Shown: positions 20,529 through 31,359 of the stretch, one piece after another
Layout: each line of letters begins with the position of its first letter
Position numbering within the stretch: position 1 is the first letter of the stretch
From: Methanomicrobiales archaeon
Lineage (GTDB): Archaea; Halobacteriota; Methanomicrobia; Methanomicrobiales; Methanospirillaceae
Direction of reading: 5' to 3'
Length of the DNA: 64,000 nt
Assembly (NCBI GenBank): GCA_026394715.1
Contig: JAPKXR010000229.1
Location: forward strand, 628-64,627
Notes under the pieces: model-generated
What the model was told of the DNA's origin: nothing
What the model saw: only the letters and a program-made list of their open reading frames with translations
Database searches by the model: none
Translations under genes and position numbers: made by a program

Positions 20529-20649
20529 CTATCCTGTTCGATAGTACCAGATACAGAAAGGATTATCAGCCGTTCTGATCTATATAATAAAGCACCATTC
20601 ATGGAGCAGCAAATATGTGCTGCGAGTGTCGAAAGATGCGAGATTCGCT

Positions 20650-20734
20650 GTTGAGGTAGCCAAGCCTGGTATGGCGCAGGTTTGCTAAACCTGTGTCCCC
20701 CTGGGACTCGAGGGTTCAAATCCCTCCCTCAGCG
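20650..20734 (+). tRNA. tRNA-Ser (anticodon GCU)
   Basis: Folded by hand. The 7-bp acceptor GTTGAGG/CCTCAGC has one G-U pair. The anticodon stem is CAGGT/ACCTG with loop TTGCTAA. There is a long variable arm, a T-arm GAGGG-TTCAAAT-CCCTC and discriminator G. No encoded CCA and no intron. Confidence 0.9.
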
Positions 20735-20765
20735 TTAAGGGCAAATCTCATTTCAGGGGGATTGG

Positions 20766-21218
20766 ATGGCTCAGGAAGAGGACATAAAATATTTTGTACG
20801 GATCAGCAACTCTGATCTGGATGGGACGAAGCAGGTCAAGGTTGCCCTTACGGGCATCAAGGGCGTTGGCAGACACACCGCAGGTGTGATAACCCATCTT
20901 GCCAGTGTCAACGGACACGACATCATGGGACGTCTCAAGGATGAGGATGTAGACCGCCTAAGAGCTGTGGTAGAGAATTATACAGAGAGAGTCCCGGCGT
21001 GGATGGTCAACCGGCCCAAGGATGTGTATACTGGAGAAAGCAGGCACATTTTTGGTACCGATCTATCAACCGCCCTCGATGAGGATATCAACCTGATGAG
21101 GAAAATTCGCTGTTACCGCGGGATCAGGCATGAAACTGGTCAGAAGGTTCGTGGACAGCGTACCAAGTCAACCGGACGTACCGGCACCACTGTGGGTGTG
21201 AAGAGGAAGAAAGAGTAA
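20766..21218 (+). CDS. rps13: 30S ribosomal protein S13 (uS13)
   Basis: 150 aa. Contains [10 protein letters not shown] and ...[22 protein letters not shown]. Confidence 0.95.
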   Translation: MAQEEDIKYFVRISNSDLDGTKQVKVALTGIKGVGRHTAGVITHLASVNGHDIMGRLKDEDVDRLRAVVENYTERVPAWMVNRPKDVYTGESRHIFGTDLSTALDEDINLMRKIRCYRGIRHETGQKVRGQRTKSTGRTGTTVGVKRKKE

Positions 21219-21230
21219 GTGGTGAAATAG

Positions 21231-21776
21231 ATGGGTTACCCAGGGAAGAACCACAAACAGTACCAGACGCCAAAACGGCCTTTCGAGAAGACAAGGATCG
21301 AAGAAGAGACCCGTCTGGTCATAGAATATGGGCTTCGGAACAAAAGGGAGGTCTGGAAAGCACAGGCCTATCTCCGACGCTACAGGAAAGCAGCACGTGA
21401 TCTCCTCTCTCTGATGTCCGCAGGTGTTGACGTTCAGACTTTTGAGACCAAAAAAGCTGTACTGATTGATCATATACAGCGTATGGGCCTTCTTGGACCT
21501 GATGCGGATATCGATGATGTACTGTCATTGAAAGTGCCTGCACAGCTCGAAAGGCGGCTTCAGACACTTGTGTATAGGCAGGGGCTCGCAAGGTCACCAA
21601 AGCAGGCCCGCCAACTTATTACCCACGGGCATGTCGCGATTAACGGCAAGCGGGTATCAATTCCGGGATACCGTGTTAAACGGACAGAAGAGACACAGTT
21701 ATCCTACTACGGGAAATCCCCGCTGACATTATCAGACCATGCAGAGCGGGCAAGAATCGGCAAGGTCGGTAGATAA
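21231..21776 (+). CDS. rps4: 30S ribosomal protein S4 (uS4)
   Basis: 181 aa. Starts [20 protein letters not shown] and carries an S4 RNA-binding domain ([34 protein letters not shown]). Confidence 0.95.
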   Translation: MGYPGKNHKQYQTPKRPFEKTRIEEETRLVIEYGLRNKREVWKAQAYLRRYRKAARDLLSLMSAGVDVQTFETKKAVLIDHIQRMGLLGPDADIDDVLSLKVPAQLERRLQTLVYRQGLARSPKQARQLITHGHVAINGKRVSIPGYRVKRTEETQLSYYGKSPLTLSDHAERARIGKVGR

Positions 21777-21778
21777 TC

Positions 21779-22174
21779 ATGGCAGCAGACAAGGAAAAAT
21801 GGGGGATAGCGCATATATTTGCCTCCTTTAACAATACAATCATCACGGTGACTGATCTCTCGGGAGCCGAGACGGTGACTAAGAGCAGCGGCGGTATGGT
21901 CGTTAAGCAGGACAGAAACGAAAGTTCACCCTATGCAGCCATGCAAATGGCTTCAAACGTTGCGCAGGTGGCACGGGAGAAGGGGATCACCGGCGTTCAT
22001 GTTAAGGTCAGGGCACCGGGCCGTGGAAAACAAAGAAGCCCGGGACCAGGTGCGCAGGCTGCAATTCGTGCATTGGCCAGGGCCGGCATGCGAATCGGGC
22101 GTATTGAAGATGTCACCCCGGTACCGCATGATTCGATCCGGGCAAAAGGCGGAAGGCGTGGGCGGAGAGTCTGA
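21779..22174 (+). CDS. rps11: 30S ribosomal protein S11 (uS11)
   Basis: 131 aa. Contains [19 protein letters not shown] and ...[23 protein letters not shown]. Confidence 0.95.
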   Translation: MAADKEKWGIAHIFASFNNTIITVTDLSGAETVTKSSGGMVVKQDRNESSPYAAMQMASNVAQVAREKGITGVHVKVRAPGRGKQRSPGPGAQAAIRALARAGMRIGRIEDVTPVPHDSIRAKGGRRGRRV

Positions 22175-23016
22175 TGGATATCATATTCAACAGGCTTGAC
22201 GAAAACTCATGCCGTTTCCAGATAGGGCCGGTCAATACAGCCTTTGCCAATTCATTTCGCAGGGCAATGATCGGAGAGGTCCCGACACTGGCGATAGAAG
22301 ATGTCCGTATTTATGATAATACCAGTGCGCTCTTTGATGAAATTCTTGCACACCGGATTGGTCTGATCCCGATCACGACCGACCTGTCGGGCTATGTCAA
22401 GAGGGAAGAGTGTTCCTGCAATGGAGAAGGTTGTCCGGCATGCAGGGCCATGTTTACGATGAGCGTGGAAGGTCCTGGGATGGTATATTCCAGGGATCTT
22501 ATCCCTGAAGACCCGGCAACGATACCAGCCTATGACAATATCCCTATTGTCAAGTTGACAAAAGATCAGAAGGTTGTGGTAGAGGCTCACGCAATACTCT
22601 CCACAGGAAAAATGCATGCGAAATGGCAGCCGACAACTGCATGCGGGTATAAGAATTATCCACTGATTACAATTGGCGAGGCATGCGATGGCTGTGGCCA
22701 GTGCGTTGAAGAATGCCCAAGGGTGGTACTTGAGGTGCATGGTGCCCGCGTGAAGGTAGTCCCTGGTCGTATTGAGGAGTGCTCTCTCTGTGGGTTATGC
22801 GAAAAAGCGTGTCTTGGAAGTGGGATCGGGGAAGAACCTGCAATCAAGGTCTCATTTGAGAAAAAGCGATATATATTCGTTGTAGAAGGCGACGGCTCCC
22901 TGCCTGTGAAGCAGATCATCGTGCATGGTCTCCAGTTTATAAAAGACCAGTCCGAGGAGCTGAAAGAGAGAATCGGTGAAATATCGGGAGGTACAGGAGA
23001 TGAAAAGCAGGAGTAA
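22174..23016 (+). CDS. rpoD: DNA-directed RNA polymerase subunit D (Rpo3) with ferredoxin-like Cys-rich insert
   Basis: 280 aa. Contains NSFRRAMIGEVPTLAIEDVRIYDNTS and two CxxCxxC-type clusters (CDGCGQCVEECP, CSLCGLCEKAC). Confidence 0.92.
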   Translation: MDIIFNRLDENSCRFQIGPVNTAFANSFRRAMIGEVPTLAIEDVRIYDNTSALFDEILAHRIGLIPITTDLSGYVKREECSCNGEGCPACRAMFTMSVEGPGMVYSRDLIPEDPATIPAYDNIPIVKLTKDQKVVVEAHAILSTGKMHAKWQPTTACGYKNYPLITIGEACDGCGQCVEECPRVVLEVHGARVKVVPGRIEECSLCGLCEKACLGSGIGEEPAIKVSFEKKRYIFVVEGDGSLPVKQIIVHGLQFIKDQSEELKERIGEISGGTGDEKQE

Positions 23017-23362
23017 GACCAATCCGCGCCTGGTAAACCTCATCTCACTGCTGAAGGACACTTCGCGTGAGAACGGGGTAAATATCTGGCGGGATATTGC
23101 TACAAGGATTGAAGCATCCAGTAGTAAGTATGCTGAAGTGAACCTGAGCAAGATTAATCGTTATGCCAGCAATGGCGAGACGATTCTTGTTCCGGGGAAG
23201 GTCCTGGGCAGTGGTATCATAGAAGCATCGGTAAAAGTTGCGGCATTGAATTTTTCAGGGTCTGCAGCTGAAAAAATTATCGGCGCTAAAGGGCAGTGTA
23301 TGAGTATTGAGCAATTGCTGAAAGACAACCCGAAGGGTAGTCAGGTAAGGATTCTGAGGTGA
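23000..23362 (+). CDS. rpl18e: 50S ribosomal protein L18e (eL18)
   Basis: The ORF is open from 22976. ATG 23000 (MKSRSKTNPRLVNLISLLK...) is preceded by GGAGG. Typical L18e N-terminus. Confidence 0.9.
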   Translation: MKSRSKTNPRLVNLISLLKDTSRENGVNIWRDIATRIEASSSKYAEVNLSKINRYASNGETILVPGKVLGSGIIEASVKVAALNFSGSAAEKIIGAKGQCMSIEQLLKDNPKGSQVRILR

Positions 23363-23368
23363 AGTTGC

Positions 23369-23791
23369 ATGGTTACAATTATTAATGGTGACGGACTTCT
23401 CCTCGGACGGCTTGCAAGTCTCGTTGCCCAGCGGGCGTTAAGTGGCGAGACCATTGCAATTGTCAATGTTGAGAACGTAATCATATCGGGCAGCAGGGCA
23501 AGAGTCCTTGACAACTACGACCATAAGCGGTCCCGTGGTTCGACTGAAGGGGGCCCGTTTTTTCCACGGAGACCTGACCATATTATGAAACGTACTATCC
23601 GGGGGATGCTTCCGTATAAAAAGGAACGCGGCATTGACGCATTCAAGCGGATTAAGACATATGTTGGTGTCCCATTTGAATTCCAGGGGAAAGAAACAGA
23701 GACTCTGGAGGAAGCCCATATGGACCGTCTGAACAAAGCTCAGTATATCACGCTCGGTGCAGTGAGTACATTCCTTGGAGCTAAATACTGA
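23369..23791 (+). CDS. rpl13: 50S ribosomal protein L13 (uL13)
   Basis: 140 aa. Contains [12 protein letters not shown] and ...MLPYKKERG. Confidence 0.95.
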   Translation: MVTIINGDGLLLGRLASLVAQRALSGETIAIVNVENVIISGSRARVLDNYDHKRSRGSTEGGPFFPRRPDHIMKRTIRGMLPYKKERGIDAFKRIKTYVGVPFEFQGKETETLEEAHMDRLNKAQYITLGAVSTFLGAKY

Positions 23792-23802
23792 GGGGTGGAG
23801 AT

Positions 23803-24204
23803 ATGGTAAAGATTATCAATACAAGTGGCAAAAGAAAAACAGCAATCGCCCGGGCGACAATGAAAGCAGGTAAAGGCAGGATCCGGATCAACTCGGTACC
23901 ACTCGAGATCTATGGTACAGAGCTCGTAAGGATGAAAATCTCTGAGCCTATCCTCCTCATGCCGAATGCGGTTCTGGGTGTTGATGTGGCAATTGATGTG
24001 CAGGGCGGGGGGGTCATGGGCCAGGCTGAAGCAGTAAGGACTGCTCTTGCCCGTGGTATCCTGAAGTGGTCAAATGACCCTCAGATCAAGGAAGTGTACC
24101 TTGCGTATGACCGTACCCTGCTTGTCAACGACTCCAGGCAGAAAGAAGCTAAAAAACCGCATGGGCGCGGTGCACGTAAGAAATTCCAGAAATCTTATCG
24201 TTAA
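23803..24204 (+). CDS. rps9: 30S ribosomal protein S9 (uS9)
   Basis: 133 aa. Contains [22 protein letters not shown] and ...[24 protein letters not shown]. Confidence 0.95.
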   Translation: MVKIINTSGKRKTAIARATMKAGKGRIRINSVPLEIYGTELVRMKISEPILLMPNAVLGVDVAIDVQGGGVMGQAEAVRTALARGILKWSNDPQIKEVYLAYDRTLLVNDSRQKEAKKPHGRGARKKFQKSYR

Positions 24205-24228
24205 GGAACAAAACTGGATTGAGTCAGT

Positions 24229-24417
24229 ATGATACCTGTACGATGTTTCACTTGCGGAAAGGTTATTTCACCCGCGTATGAAGAATTTAAACACCGCCGT
24301 GATGCGGGCGAGGATCCCAAAAAGATCCTCGACGATCTCGGCATGGACCGCTACTGCTGTCGGCGCATGCTGCTGACGCACAAGGAGATTATTGACGATA
24401 TCAACCCGTACCAGTGA
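24229..24417 (+). CDS. rpoN: DNA-directed RNA polymerase subunit N (Rpo10)
   Basis: 62 aa. Contains [13 protein letters not shown] and ...[10 protein letters not shown]. Confidence 0.93.
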   Translation: MIPVRCFTCGKVISPAYEEFKHRRDAGEDPKKILDDLGMDRYCCRRMLLTHKEIIDDINPYQ

Positions 24418-24490
24418 GGGGTCGTGGGGTAGCCTGGAATCCTATGGCGTTCGGGATGCCGTAACCTGAGTTCGAATCTCAGCGACCCCA
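24418..24490 (+). tRNA. tRNA-Pro (anticodon CGG)
   Basis: Folded by hand. Acceptor GGGGTCG/CGACCCC, anticodon loop TTCGGGA, T-arm CTGAG-TTCGAAT-CTCAG and discriminator A. The first nucleotide directly follows the rpoN TGA. No intron and no encoded CCA. Confidence 0.9.
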
Positions 24491-24526
24491 TTTATTGTTA
24501 ATGCGAAAAAATTGAGAGGACTGATA

Positions 24527-24694
24527 ATGCAATCGTATACCCGATATGAAAGAGCCCGGATAATCGGAGCCAGGGCCCTGCAAATATCGATGGGTGCCCC
24601 GCTCCTGATTACGACCGAGAAGTGTGACCCGCTCGAGATTGCAATCGAGGAATTTCAGCAGAACATCATTCCCATCACGGTGAAGAGGAAGTAG
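24527..24694 (+). CDS. rpoK: DNA-directed RNA polymerase subunit K (Rpo6)
   Basis: The ORF is open from TTG 24512, and ATG 24527 gives [25 protein letters not shown] (RpoK/omega signature). Confidence 0.88.
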   Translation: MQSYTRYERARIIGARALQISMGAPLLITTEKCDPLEIAIEEFQQNIIPITVKRK

Positions 24695-24696
24695 GC

Positions 24697-25893
24697 ATGA
24701 CGATCATACATGAGATCCAGTTAAGGACTATACTGGACAGCCGTGGCAATGCTACTGTGGAAGCAGATATTTACACAGAAGATGGATTTGGGCGTGCTTC
24801 GGCTCCCAGCGGAGCCAGTACCGGGAAATTTGAAGCAAAAGTTAAGTCCCCGGAAGAAGCGGTGGTGTTTGCGCGGGAGAACCTGCTACCCAAATTCATC
24901 GGTGCGGATTCGCGCGAGCAGATCTATATTGATGGGCTGCTCAGGGAAATTGATGGCACGTCTGATTTCAGTATAATCGGAGCAAATATAGCTGTCGCGC
25001 TATCGCTTGCGAACGCGAAGGCTGCGGCATCATCGCTTGGTCTTGAGTTGTACAGTTATCTTGGTGGTGCATTCGTCATGGATACACCGTTTCCATTGGG
25101 AAATGCCATTGGTGGTGGCGTGCACGCTGCGAACGCAACAGAAATCCAGGAGTTTCTGGTTGTACCAACCGGAGCATCAGGCGCAAAAGAGGCGGTATTT
25201 GCCAATGCGGCAGTCCACCGGAAGGTTCGGGATCTCTTAAAGGCCCGTGACAAACCATGTGGTAAAGGCGACGAAGGTGCGTGGGCACCTGAGATCACGG
25301 ACTGCGCGGCATTCGAGATAGTAAAAGAAGCAACCGGGTTCGTCTCTGACGATGTCGGGTTTGGTATCGGTATGGGGATTGATGTCGCGTCAAGCCAGAT
25401 GTGGCGTGAGAATGACAGTAAATACCATTACCGCGATACAACCCGGTCATCGGAAGAACAAATCGCATATATTTGTGAACTTGTCGACCTGTATGGGCTG
25501 ATTTATGTGGAAGACCCTCTTCATGAGGATGATTTCGCAGGGTTTGCCGAACTGACCGACCAGGTTGGCGACAGGTGCCTGATCTGCGGTGATGACCTGT
25601 TTGTCACAAACCCGGGTCGTATTATCGATGGTATTAGCAATGGTTCCGCAAATTGTGTCCTGATAAAACCGAATCAGATCGGTACCCTGACAGAGACGTT
25701 TGAGGCCATAAGGCTCGCGCACACAAACGGGATGGACACCGTGATGAGCCACCGTTCAGGAGAGACAACAGATACTGCAATTTCGCACCTTGCCACGGCA
25801 TTTAACTGTATTTTCCTTAAGACTGGGATAGTTGGTGGCGAAAGGATTGCGAAACTGAATGAACTTATTCGAATTGAGGAGATGCTAGAATGA
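24697..25893 (+). CDS. eno: Enolase
   Basis: 398 aa. Contains [24 protein letters not shown], ...[12 protein letters not shown] and SHRSGETTD. Confidence 0.93.
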   Translation: MTIIHEIQLRTILDSRGNATVEADIYTEDGFGRASAPSGASTGKFEAKVKSPEEAVVFARENLLPKFIGADSREQIYIDGLLREIDGTSDFSIIGANIAVALSLANAKAAASSLGLELYSYLGGAFVMDTPFPLGNAIGGGVHAANATEIQEFLVVPTGASGAKEAVFANAAVHRKVRDLLKARDKPCGKGDEGAWAPEITDCAAFEIVKEATGFVSDDVGFGIGMGIDVASSQMWRENDSKYHYRDTTRSSEEQIAYICELVDLYGLIYVEDPLHEDDFAGFAELTDQVGDRCLICGDDLFVTNPGRIIDGISNGSANCVLIKPNQIGTLTETFEAIRLAHTNGMDTVMSHRSGETTDTAISHLATAFNCIFLKTGIVGGERIAKLNELIRIEEMLE

Positions 25894-26498
25894 CAGAAAC
25901 AGAGATGGAAATTGAATTGAAAGAGCCTCTCGTCCCCGTCGAAGAATACCTCGCAGCAGGGATTCACATCGGGACGCAGCAGAAAAGTAAGGACATGAAG
26001 AAATTTATTTACCGGGTCAGGGGAGACGGTCTCTATATCCTTGATATCAGGGAGACCGATGGGCGGATCAAGACTGCAGCCAAGTTCCTGAACCAGTTCG
26101 ATGCCCCGAACATCCTCGTCGTCACTTCCCGCCAGTACGGGCAGTACCCTGCAAAGAAATTCGCCGAGACAATTGGTGGGATGGCCGTGACAGGACGGTT
26201 CATACCTGGCATGCTGACAAATCAGAACCTCCACAACTATATCGAACCGGAAGTGGTCGTCGTCACGGACCCGATTGGTGATGCACAGGTAGTAAAAGAA
26301 GCCGTTCAGAGCGGGATACCGATCCTAGCCCTCTGTGATACCAACAATATGACAAGTTTTGTAGACCTTGTTATACCGACCAACAATAAGGGTCGAAAAG
26401 CACTTGGTATGATTTATTATCTCCTCACACGGGAGATGCTCCGGCTTCGCGGAATTACTACGTCACTCACCCCTGAAGATTTTGAGACCGAGTTCTAG
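25890..26498 (+). CDS. rps2: 30S ribosomal protein S2 (uS2)
   Basis: 202 aa. Contains [22 protein letters not shown] and ...[16 protein letters not shown]...[10 protein letters not shown]. It overlaps eno by 4 nt. Confidence 0.95.
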   Translation: MTETEMEIELKEPLVPVEEYLAAGIHIGTQQKSKDMKKFIYRVRGDGLYILDIRETDGRIKTAAKFLNQFDAPNILVVTSRQYGQYPAKKFAETIGGMAVTGRFIPGMLTNQNLHNYIEPEVVVVTDPIGDAQVVKEAVQSGIPILALCDTNNMTSFVDLVIPTNNKGRKALGMIYYLLTREMLRLRGITTSLTPEDFETEF

Positions 26499-26527
26499 AG
26501 ATATCATCAGTATGAGAGGTTAGTCCG

Positions 26528-27316
26528 ATGAAGTTGCGTCCATGCGCTGTATCAGGCATGTTCTACCCAGGTGATCCGGACCACCTTGAACAACAATTGG
26601 CAAAATTTTTTTCCGATGCCGGCAATCCCCGCAAATCGATGGGGGTCGTGGCGCCTCACGCCGGGTATGTTTATTCAGGAAGGGTAACTGCTCTTTCCTA
26701 TGCGTCGATAAACACCGGATTTTCAGGCACATTTATTTTGATTGGTCCAAGTCATCGCGGTTTTGAGACGTGTATATCGATGGTACCGTGGGAGACGCCG
26801 CTTGGTATCGTGGACAATGATAATGAATTAGGTATGGCCCTGAATATTGATCCCGACGAGATCTCACACCAGGATGAGCACTCTCTTGAAGTCCAGGTAC
26901 CGTTTATTAAGTACAGGTTTCCCCGGGCAAGAATAACCCCAATAATGATGGGAAGACAGGATTACAGGAGTGCGCAGGTATTGTCAGAGCAGATTAACGG
27001 TGCCCTCAAGCGCACAGGCAGGGATGTCCGGATTATCGCATCATCCGATTTTTCTCATTATGTGCATGCGGATGTTGCAAGGGACAATGACCTCTATGCC
27101 ATCGAGGCGTTGAACAAGTTTGATATCCCTGAATTCTACCGGCGGATCGGAGAACGAAATATCACTGCGTGTGGGTATGGTCCGATATCAGCAATGATGC
27201 TTACCTGCCACGAATTAGGGAGCCGGAAAGCAGAATTAATTCATTATGCCACGAGTGGGGACGTCACCGGGGATAATTCTGCGGTTGTGGGATATGCGGC
27301 CGTTGCGGTGATATAG
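26528..27316 (+). CDS. MEMO1-family protein (AmmeMemoRadiSam system protein B)
   Basis: 262 aa. Contains GMFYPGDPDHLEQQL, VAPHAGYVYSG and ...SSDFSHY. Confidence 0.85.
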   Translation: MKLRPCAVSGMFYPGDPDHLEQQLAKFFSDAGNPRKSMGVVAPHAGYVYSGRVTALSYASINTGFSGTFILIGPSHRGFETCISMVPWETPLGIVDNDNELGMALNIDPDEISHQDEHSLEVQVPFIKYRFPRARITPIMMGRQDYRSAQVLSEQINGALKRTGRDVRIIASSDFSHYVHADVARDNDLYAIEALNKFDIPEFYRRIGERNITACGYGPISAMMLTCHELGSRKAELIHYATSGDVTGDNSAVVGYAAVAVI

Positions 27317-28185
27317 TGGTCACATGGAGCGCACCTGGAAAGGTTTTTCTTTTCGGTGAGCATGCAGTGGTGTATGGGAAACCTGCGATAGCAATGGCAA
27401 TAAAGCCCCGTGTCTTCGTTACCGTTCGGAAAAGCCGGGCTCCGCACCCTGCAAAATCCCCTTATATTGATAGTTGTTTTGATGAGATGGGTGTAAAAGG
27501 CAGCGTGTACATTAATTCCCAGCTGCCGAGTTCATCGGGCCTCGGATCTTCAGCGGCCGTCACCGTCGCAACCCTTGCCGCGATCAATGATGAATTCGAT
27601 ATGAATCAGTCCCGTGATCAGATTGCCGAAATGGCTTTTAATATTGAAAAGAAAGTCCAGAAAGGGCGGGCCAGCCTTACGGATACTACGGTGTCCACCT
27701 ATGGGGGATTGGTTTTTATCATGGGTGCGGCGAGACGACGTCTACCACCGGAAAATTTCCAGATGGTTGTCGGGAACACCATGGTTTCCCATAGCACCTC
27801 AAAAATGGTCGAGATGGTTGCTGACCTGAAGAAAAAAAATCCGGAAATATGTGATCCGGTCCTTGATGCAATCGGTGGCATAACAATGTCAGCGATGCAT
27901 CATCTGATTGATCCTGTCCAGCTCGGGAGGTTGATGAACATGAACCACTCACTTCTCGATGTGCTTGGTGTCGGTCACCCTGCCTTGTCGCGGCTGGTGC
28001 TGTCTGCCAGGACAGCAGGTGCATACGGGGCTAAGATTACCGGCGCCGGAGGTGGGGGTTGTATGGTTGCTTTATGTCCAAAGCACCTGAAAAGCCGTAT
28101 CGCTGTTGCGATTGAGGCATGCGAGGCACGTGCCTTTGTTACAAATATCGATAATGAGGGAGTAAGAAAGGAGAAGGATGTCTGA
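27316..28185 (+). CDS. mvk: Mevalonate kinase
   Basis: 289 aa with a GTG start sharing 1 nt with the previous stop. Contains APGKVFLFGEHAVVYG, the GHMP motif PSSSGLGSSAAV, and KITGAGGGGCM. Confidence 0.9.
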   Translation: MVTWSAPGKVFLFGEHAVVYGKPAIAMAIKPRVFVTVRKSRAPHPAKSPYIDSCFDEMGVKGSVYINSQLPSSSGLGSSAAVTVATLAAINDEFDMNQSRDQIAEMAFNIEKKVQKGRASLTDTTVSTYGGLVFIMGAARRRLPPENFQMVVGNTMVSHSTSKMVEMVADLKKKNPEICDPVLDAIGGITMSAMHHLIDPVQLGRLMNMNHSLLDVLGVGHPALSRLVLSARTAGAYGAKITGAGGGGCMVALCPKHLKSRIAVAIEACEARAFVTNIDNEGVRKEKDV

Positions 28186-28942
28186 AAGGGTACTCCTGAA
28201 ACTGGGCGGCAGTGTAATCACCGATAAGGCGGCGGATGGCATTATCCTGTCTGATGAGATTGACAGGATTGCAGAAACAATAGCTGTGCGGAACGGGATT
28301 TCCCTTGTATTAGTGCATGGCGCGGGCTCCTGCGGCCACCCGGAAGCGAGTCGTTACCAGGTAAGCTCAGGAGTTTCTGCAGAAAACCGTGAAGGGATCT
28401 ATATTACTCATATGGCTGTAAGAAGACTGAATGATTCTATTGTTCGCGCGTTACGCAACGCAGGTGTGGAGGCCGTGGGTGTACAGCCCCTTTCAGCCTT
28501 CATTGCGGATAAAGGCAGGCTAATCTCATGTGAGTTCCGGCAGCTTGAATGTATGCTGGCGCTTGGTATCGTCCCGGTTCTTCATGGTGATATGGTAATG
28601 GATTGTACCTCCGGCGCGTGTGTTATATCGGGTGACCAGCTGGTCCGGGTCCTGGCAACGTCTCTTGGCATGCGGCGTATCGGGCTTGCCACGGATGTAC
28701 CTGGCGTGTTCAGTGATGGGAGGGTGCTCAATGAGATTACGCCCAGGACAGCTGGTACCCTGGTACTTGGTGATTCTAATCATACGGATGTCACCGGGGG
28801 TATGCGCGGAAAGGTGAACGAGCTCTGCCAGCTTGCCGAAGCAGGAATACCATCAGATATTTTTCATGTTTCACGGATAGGCGATTTTCTCGATGGCATA
28901 CCGCATGGTGGTACAAGAGTGAGGGGGAAGGGGAATGTCTGA
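28178..28942 (+). CDS. ipk: Isopentenyl phosphate kinase
   Basis: 254 aa in the amino-acid-kinase fold. Contains LKLGGSVITDK, VHGAGSCGH and ...DVTGGM. It overlaps mvk by 8 nt. Confidence 0.88.
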   Translation: MSERVLLKLGGSVITDKAADGIILSDEIDRIAETIAVRNGISLVLVHGAGSCGHPEASRYQVSSGVSAENREGIYITHMAVRRLNDSIVRALRNAGVEAVGVQPLSAFIADKGRLISCEFRQLECMLALGIVPVLHGDMVMDCTSGACVISGDQLVRVLATSLGMRRIGLATDVPGVFSDGRVLNEITPRTAGTLVLGDSNHTDVTGGMRGKVNELCQLAEAGIPSDIFHVSRIGDFLDGIPHGGTRVRGKGNV

Positions 28943-30026
28943 CCCTGTATCACTTACCTCATCGAGGAAGCTTGATCATCTCCGCATCTGTATCGAAAAA
29001 TCAATAGAACGTGGGCACACCGGGTTTAATGATGTCCGGCTGGTTCATAATGCCCTGCCTGAATGTGATATGGATAGGATTGATACGGGATCCCGGTTTC
29101 TCGGACACCAGTGCAAATTCCCCCTGTTCATCGCTGCGATGACGGGTGGTCACCCTGAAACCCTTGAAGTTAACAGGCGCCTTGCAAGAGCAGCCCATAG
29201 GTATGGTCTCGGGATCGGTGTAGGGTCACAACGGGCCGCCCTTGAGAACCCTGACCTGGAAGAAACGTTCTCGGTTGCCAGAGATGAGGCCCCCCATTCA
29301 TTTTTGGTTGCGAACCTCGGTATTGTACAGCTCCGCAACCATGGAAATGAATGGGCTGACCGGGCTGTATCGATGATCCAGGCAGATGCTATTGCCATCC
29401 ACATTAACTTTCTGCAGGAGGCAATTCAGCCTGAGGGAGATCATGACGCTTCAGGTTGCCTCGATGCGCTCAGGACGTTATGTGAAGATTTTAAGTACCC
29501 GGTCATCATAAAAGAAACCGGGAGTGGAATTTCAGCAGAGACTGCCGGTATAGCCTTTGGAGCAGGAGTTAAGGCTATCGATATAGGTGGCTGGGGTGGA
29601 ACTTCCTGGGCCGCGATTGAGAGTATAAGGGCGAAGGAAAGCTCGAGCGAGAGGGATAAGGGTCTGATTGGCCTTGGGCAGGAATTTACAGATTGGGGTA
29701 TACCCACCGTTGTGAGTTTATGCGATGTATCTCGGACTGGTGGGCCCATAATTGCCACGGGTGGCATCAGGAGTGGTGTGGATATGGCCAAGTCCCTTGT
29801 ACTCGGGGCGGACCTCTGTGGTATGGCCTTGCCACTCTTACAACCTGCAATAAAAGGTGAAAAAGCGTTATTTGATGCAATTGATACGATTGAGCACCAG
29901 TTCAGAGTAGCGATGTTTCTGACCGGGTCTCGTACTATCGCAGATCTTAAGGTGAAACATGCAATTATAACGGGGAGAACCCGGCAGATGGTGGATAGTG
30001 TAATGGAGGAATATAATGGATATTGA
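28935..30026 (+). CDS. fni: Isopentenyl-diphosphate delta-isomerase, type 2 (FMN-dependent)
   Basis: 363 aa. Contains RKLDHLRI and a TIM-barrel FMN signature (IIKETGSGIS..., ATGGIRSGVDMAKSLVLGA). It overlaps ipk by 8 nt. Confidence 0.92.
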   Translation: MSDPVSLTSSRKLDHLRICIEKSIERGHTGFNDVRLVHNALPECDMDRIDTGSRFLGHQCKFPLFIAAMTGGHPETLEVNRRLARAAHRYGLGIGVGSQRAALENPDLEETFSVARDEAPHSFLVANLGIVQLRNHGNEWADRAVSMIQADAIAIHINFLQEAIQPEGDHDASGCLDALRTLCEDFKYPVIIKETGSGISAETAGIAFGAGVKAIDIGGWGGTSWAAIESIRAKESSSERDKGLIGLGQEFTDWGIPTVVSLCDVSRTGGPIIATGGIRSGVDMAKSLVLGADLCGMALPLLQPAIKGEKALFDAIDTIEHQFRVAMFLTGSRTIADLKVKHAIITGRTRQMVDSVMEEYNGY

Positions 30027-31353
30027 AATTATCGCCCTCGGCGGATACGATGAGGTTGGGAGGAATATGACCGCCGTCCGCTGCGGGAAAGAGATTGTTA
30101 TTTTCGATATGGGTCTCCGGCTTGACCAGGTGATGATCCATGAGGATGCAGAGATGGAAAATCTGCATTCGCTGGACCTGATTCAGATGAAGGCAATTCC
30201 TGACGATACGGTGATGAATGCGGTTGAGGGCAGTGTCAAAGCAATTGTTTGTTCTCACGGACATCTTGATCATATCGGGGCCATACCTAAACTTGCACAC
30301 CGCTATAACGCTCCTATTATCAGTACACCCTATACTACCGAGTTAATCCGGCAGCAAATATCGGCTGATCAGAAATTCGGGGTTAACAACAAGTTATTCG
30401 CGTTAAAGGCAGGCCAGAAATATACTCTTTCACAGAACCTTGTCCTTGAGTTTGTACGGATGCAGCACAGTATTATTGATACGGTGACGCCAGTCCTTCA
30501 CACGCCCCATGGGGCTATTGTATATTCGTGTGATTTCAAACTGGACCGTACACCTGTAATTGGAGACCCGCCTGATTTTGCCCGTCTTGCCCAGATCGGA
30601 AAAGAAGGTGTCATTGCACTGATCGTGGAGAGTACGTACGTTGAGAATAAAGGTCGTGCGCCAAGTGAGCGGATTGCAAGGGACCTTGTACGGGACACTA
30701 TTACGAGTTACGAGGACGACAAAAATGCCATCCTTGTATCCACGTTCTCCTCGCATATCGCCAGGGTCAAGACTATTGCAGAGTGTGCCCATGAGATTGG
30801 GAGGAAACCAGTTCTCCTTGGGCGTTCAATGGAGCGTTATAGCTCCACTGCCGAGCAGATGAAACTCGTGGCATTCCCTGATACCATAAGCATGTTCGGG
30901 GACCGGAGGACGGTTGACCGCATGATGAGGAGAATGATGAAGTCCGGCAAGGAAAAATTCCTTCCCATCATTACTGGCCACCAGGGTGAACCCGGATCAA
31001 TCCTCTCCCGACTGGTGCATGGAGATACCCCATACCAGCTTGAAAGAGGAGATAAAATTCTCTTTTCGGCAAAAGTTATTCCAAATCCCATGAACCGTGG
31101 TCAGCGCTACATGGTGGAGGCGCATCTTGGGATGACCGGGGCAAGAGTATTTGAAGACCTCCATGTCAGTGGTCATGCGTACCGGGAGGACCATTATGAA
31201 CTCATCCATCTGTTAAACCCGCAACATATTATTCCTGCACATGGGAATATCAGGATGACCTCTGCCTACGCAGAATTTGCATCTGAAATCGGTTTTACCC
31301 TCCATAATGACGTGCATATCATGTCAAATGGGCATAGATTAAAAATAAACTAA
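30016..31353 (+). CDS. rnj: Ribonuclease J (beta-CASP metallo-beta-lactamase), archaeal short form
   Basis: 445 aa. Contains the HGHLDH motif, a beta-CASP region and C-terminal HVSGHA. Confidence 0.87.
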   Translation: MDIEIIALGGYDEVGRNMTAVRCGKEIVIFDMGLRLDQVMIHEDAEMENLHSLDLIQMKAIPDDTVMNAVEGSVKAIVCSHGHLDHIGAIPKLAHRYNAPIISTPYTTELIRQQISADQKFGVNNKLFALKAGQKYTLSQNLVLEFVRMQHSIIDTVTPVLHTPHGAIVYSCDFKLDRTPVIGDPPDFARLAQIGKEGVIALIVESTYVENKGRAPSERIARDLVRDTITSYEDDKNAILVSTFSSHIARVKTIAECAHEIGRKPVLLGRSMERYSSTAEQMKLVAFPDTISMFGDRRTVDRMMRRMMKSGKEKFLPIITGHQGEPGSILSRLVHGDTPYQLERGDKILFSAKVIPNPMNRGQRYMVEAHLGMTGARVFEDLHVSGHAYREDHYELIHLLNPQHIIPAHGNIRMTSAYAEFASEIGFTLHNDVHIMSNGHRLKIN

Positions 31354-31359
31354 ACATAA

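Noticed and set aside
25674-26234. 186-aa ORF on the - strand
   Set aside because: It is antisense to the eno 3' end and rps2, so it is a shadow ORF.
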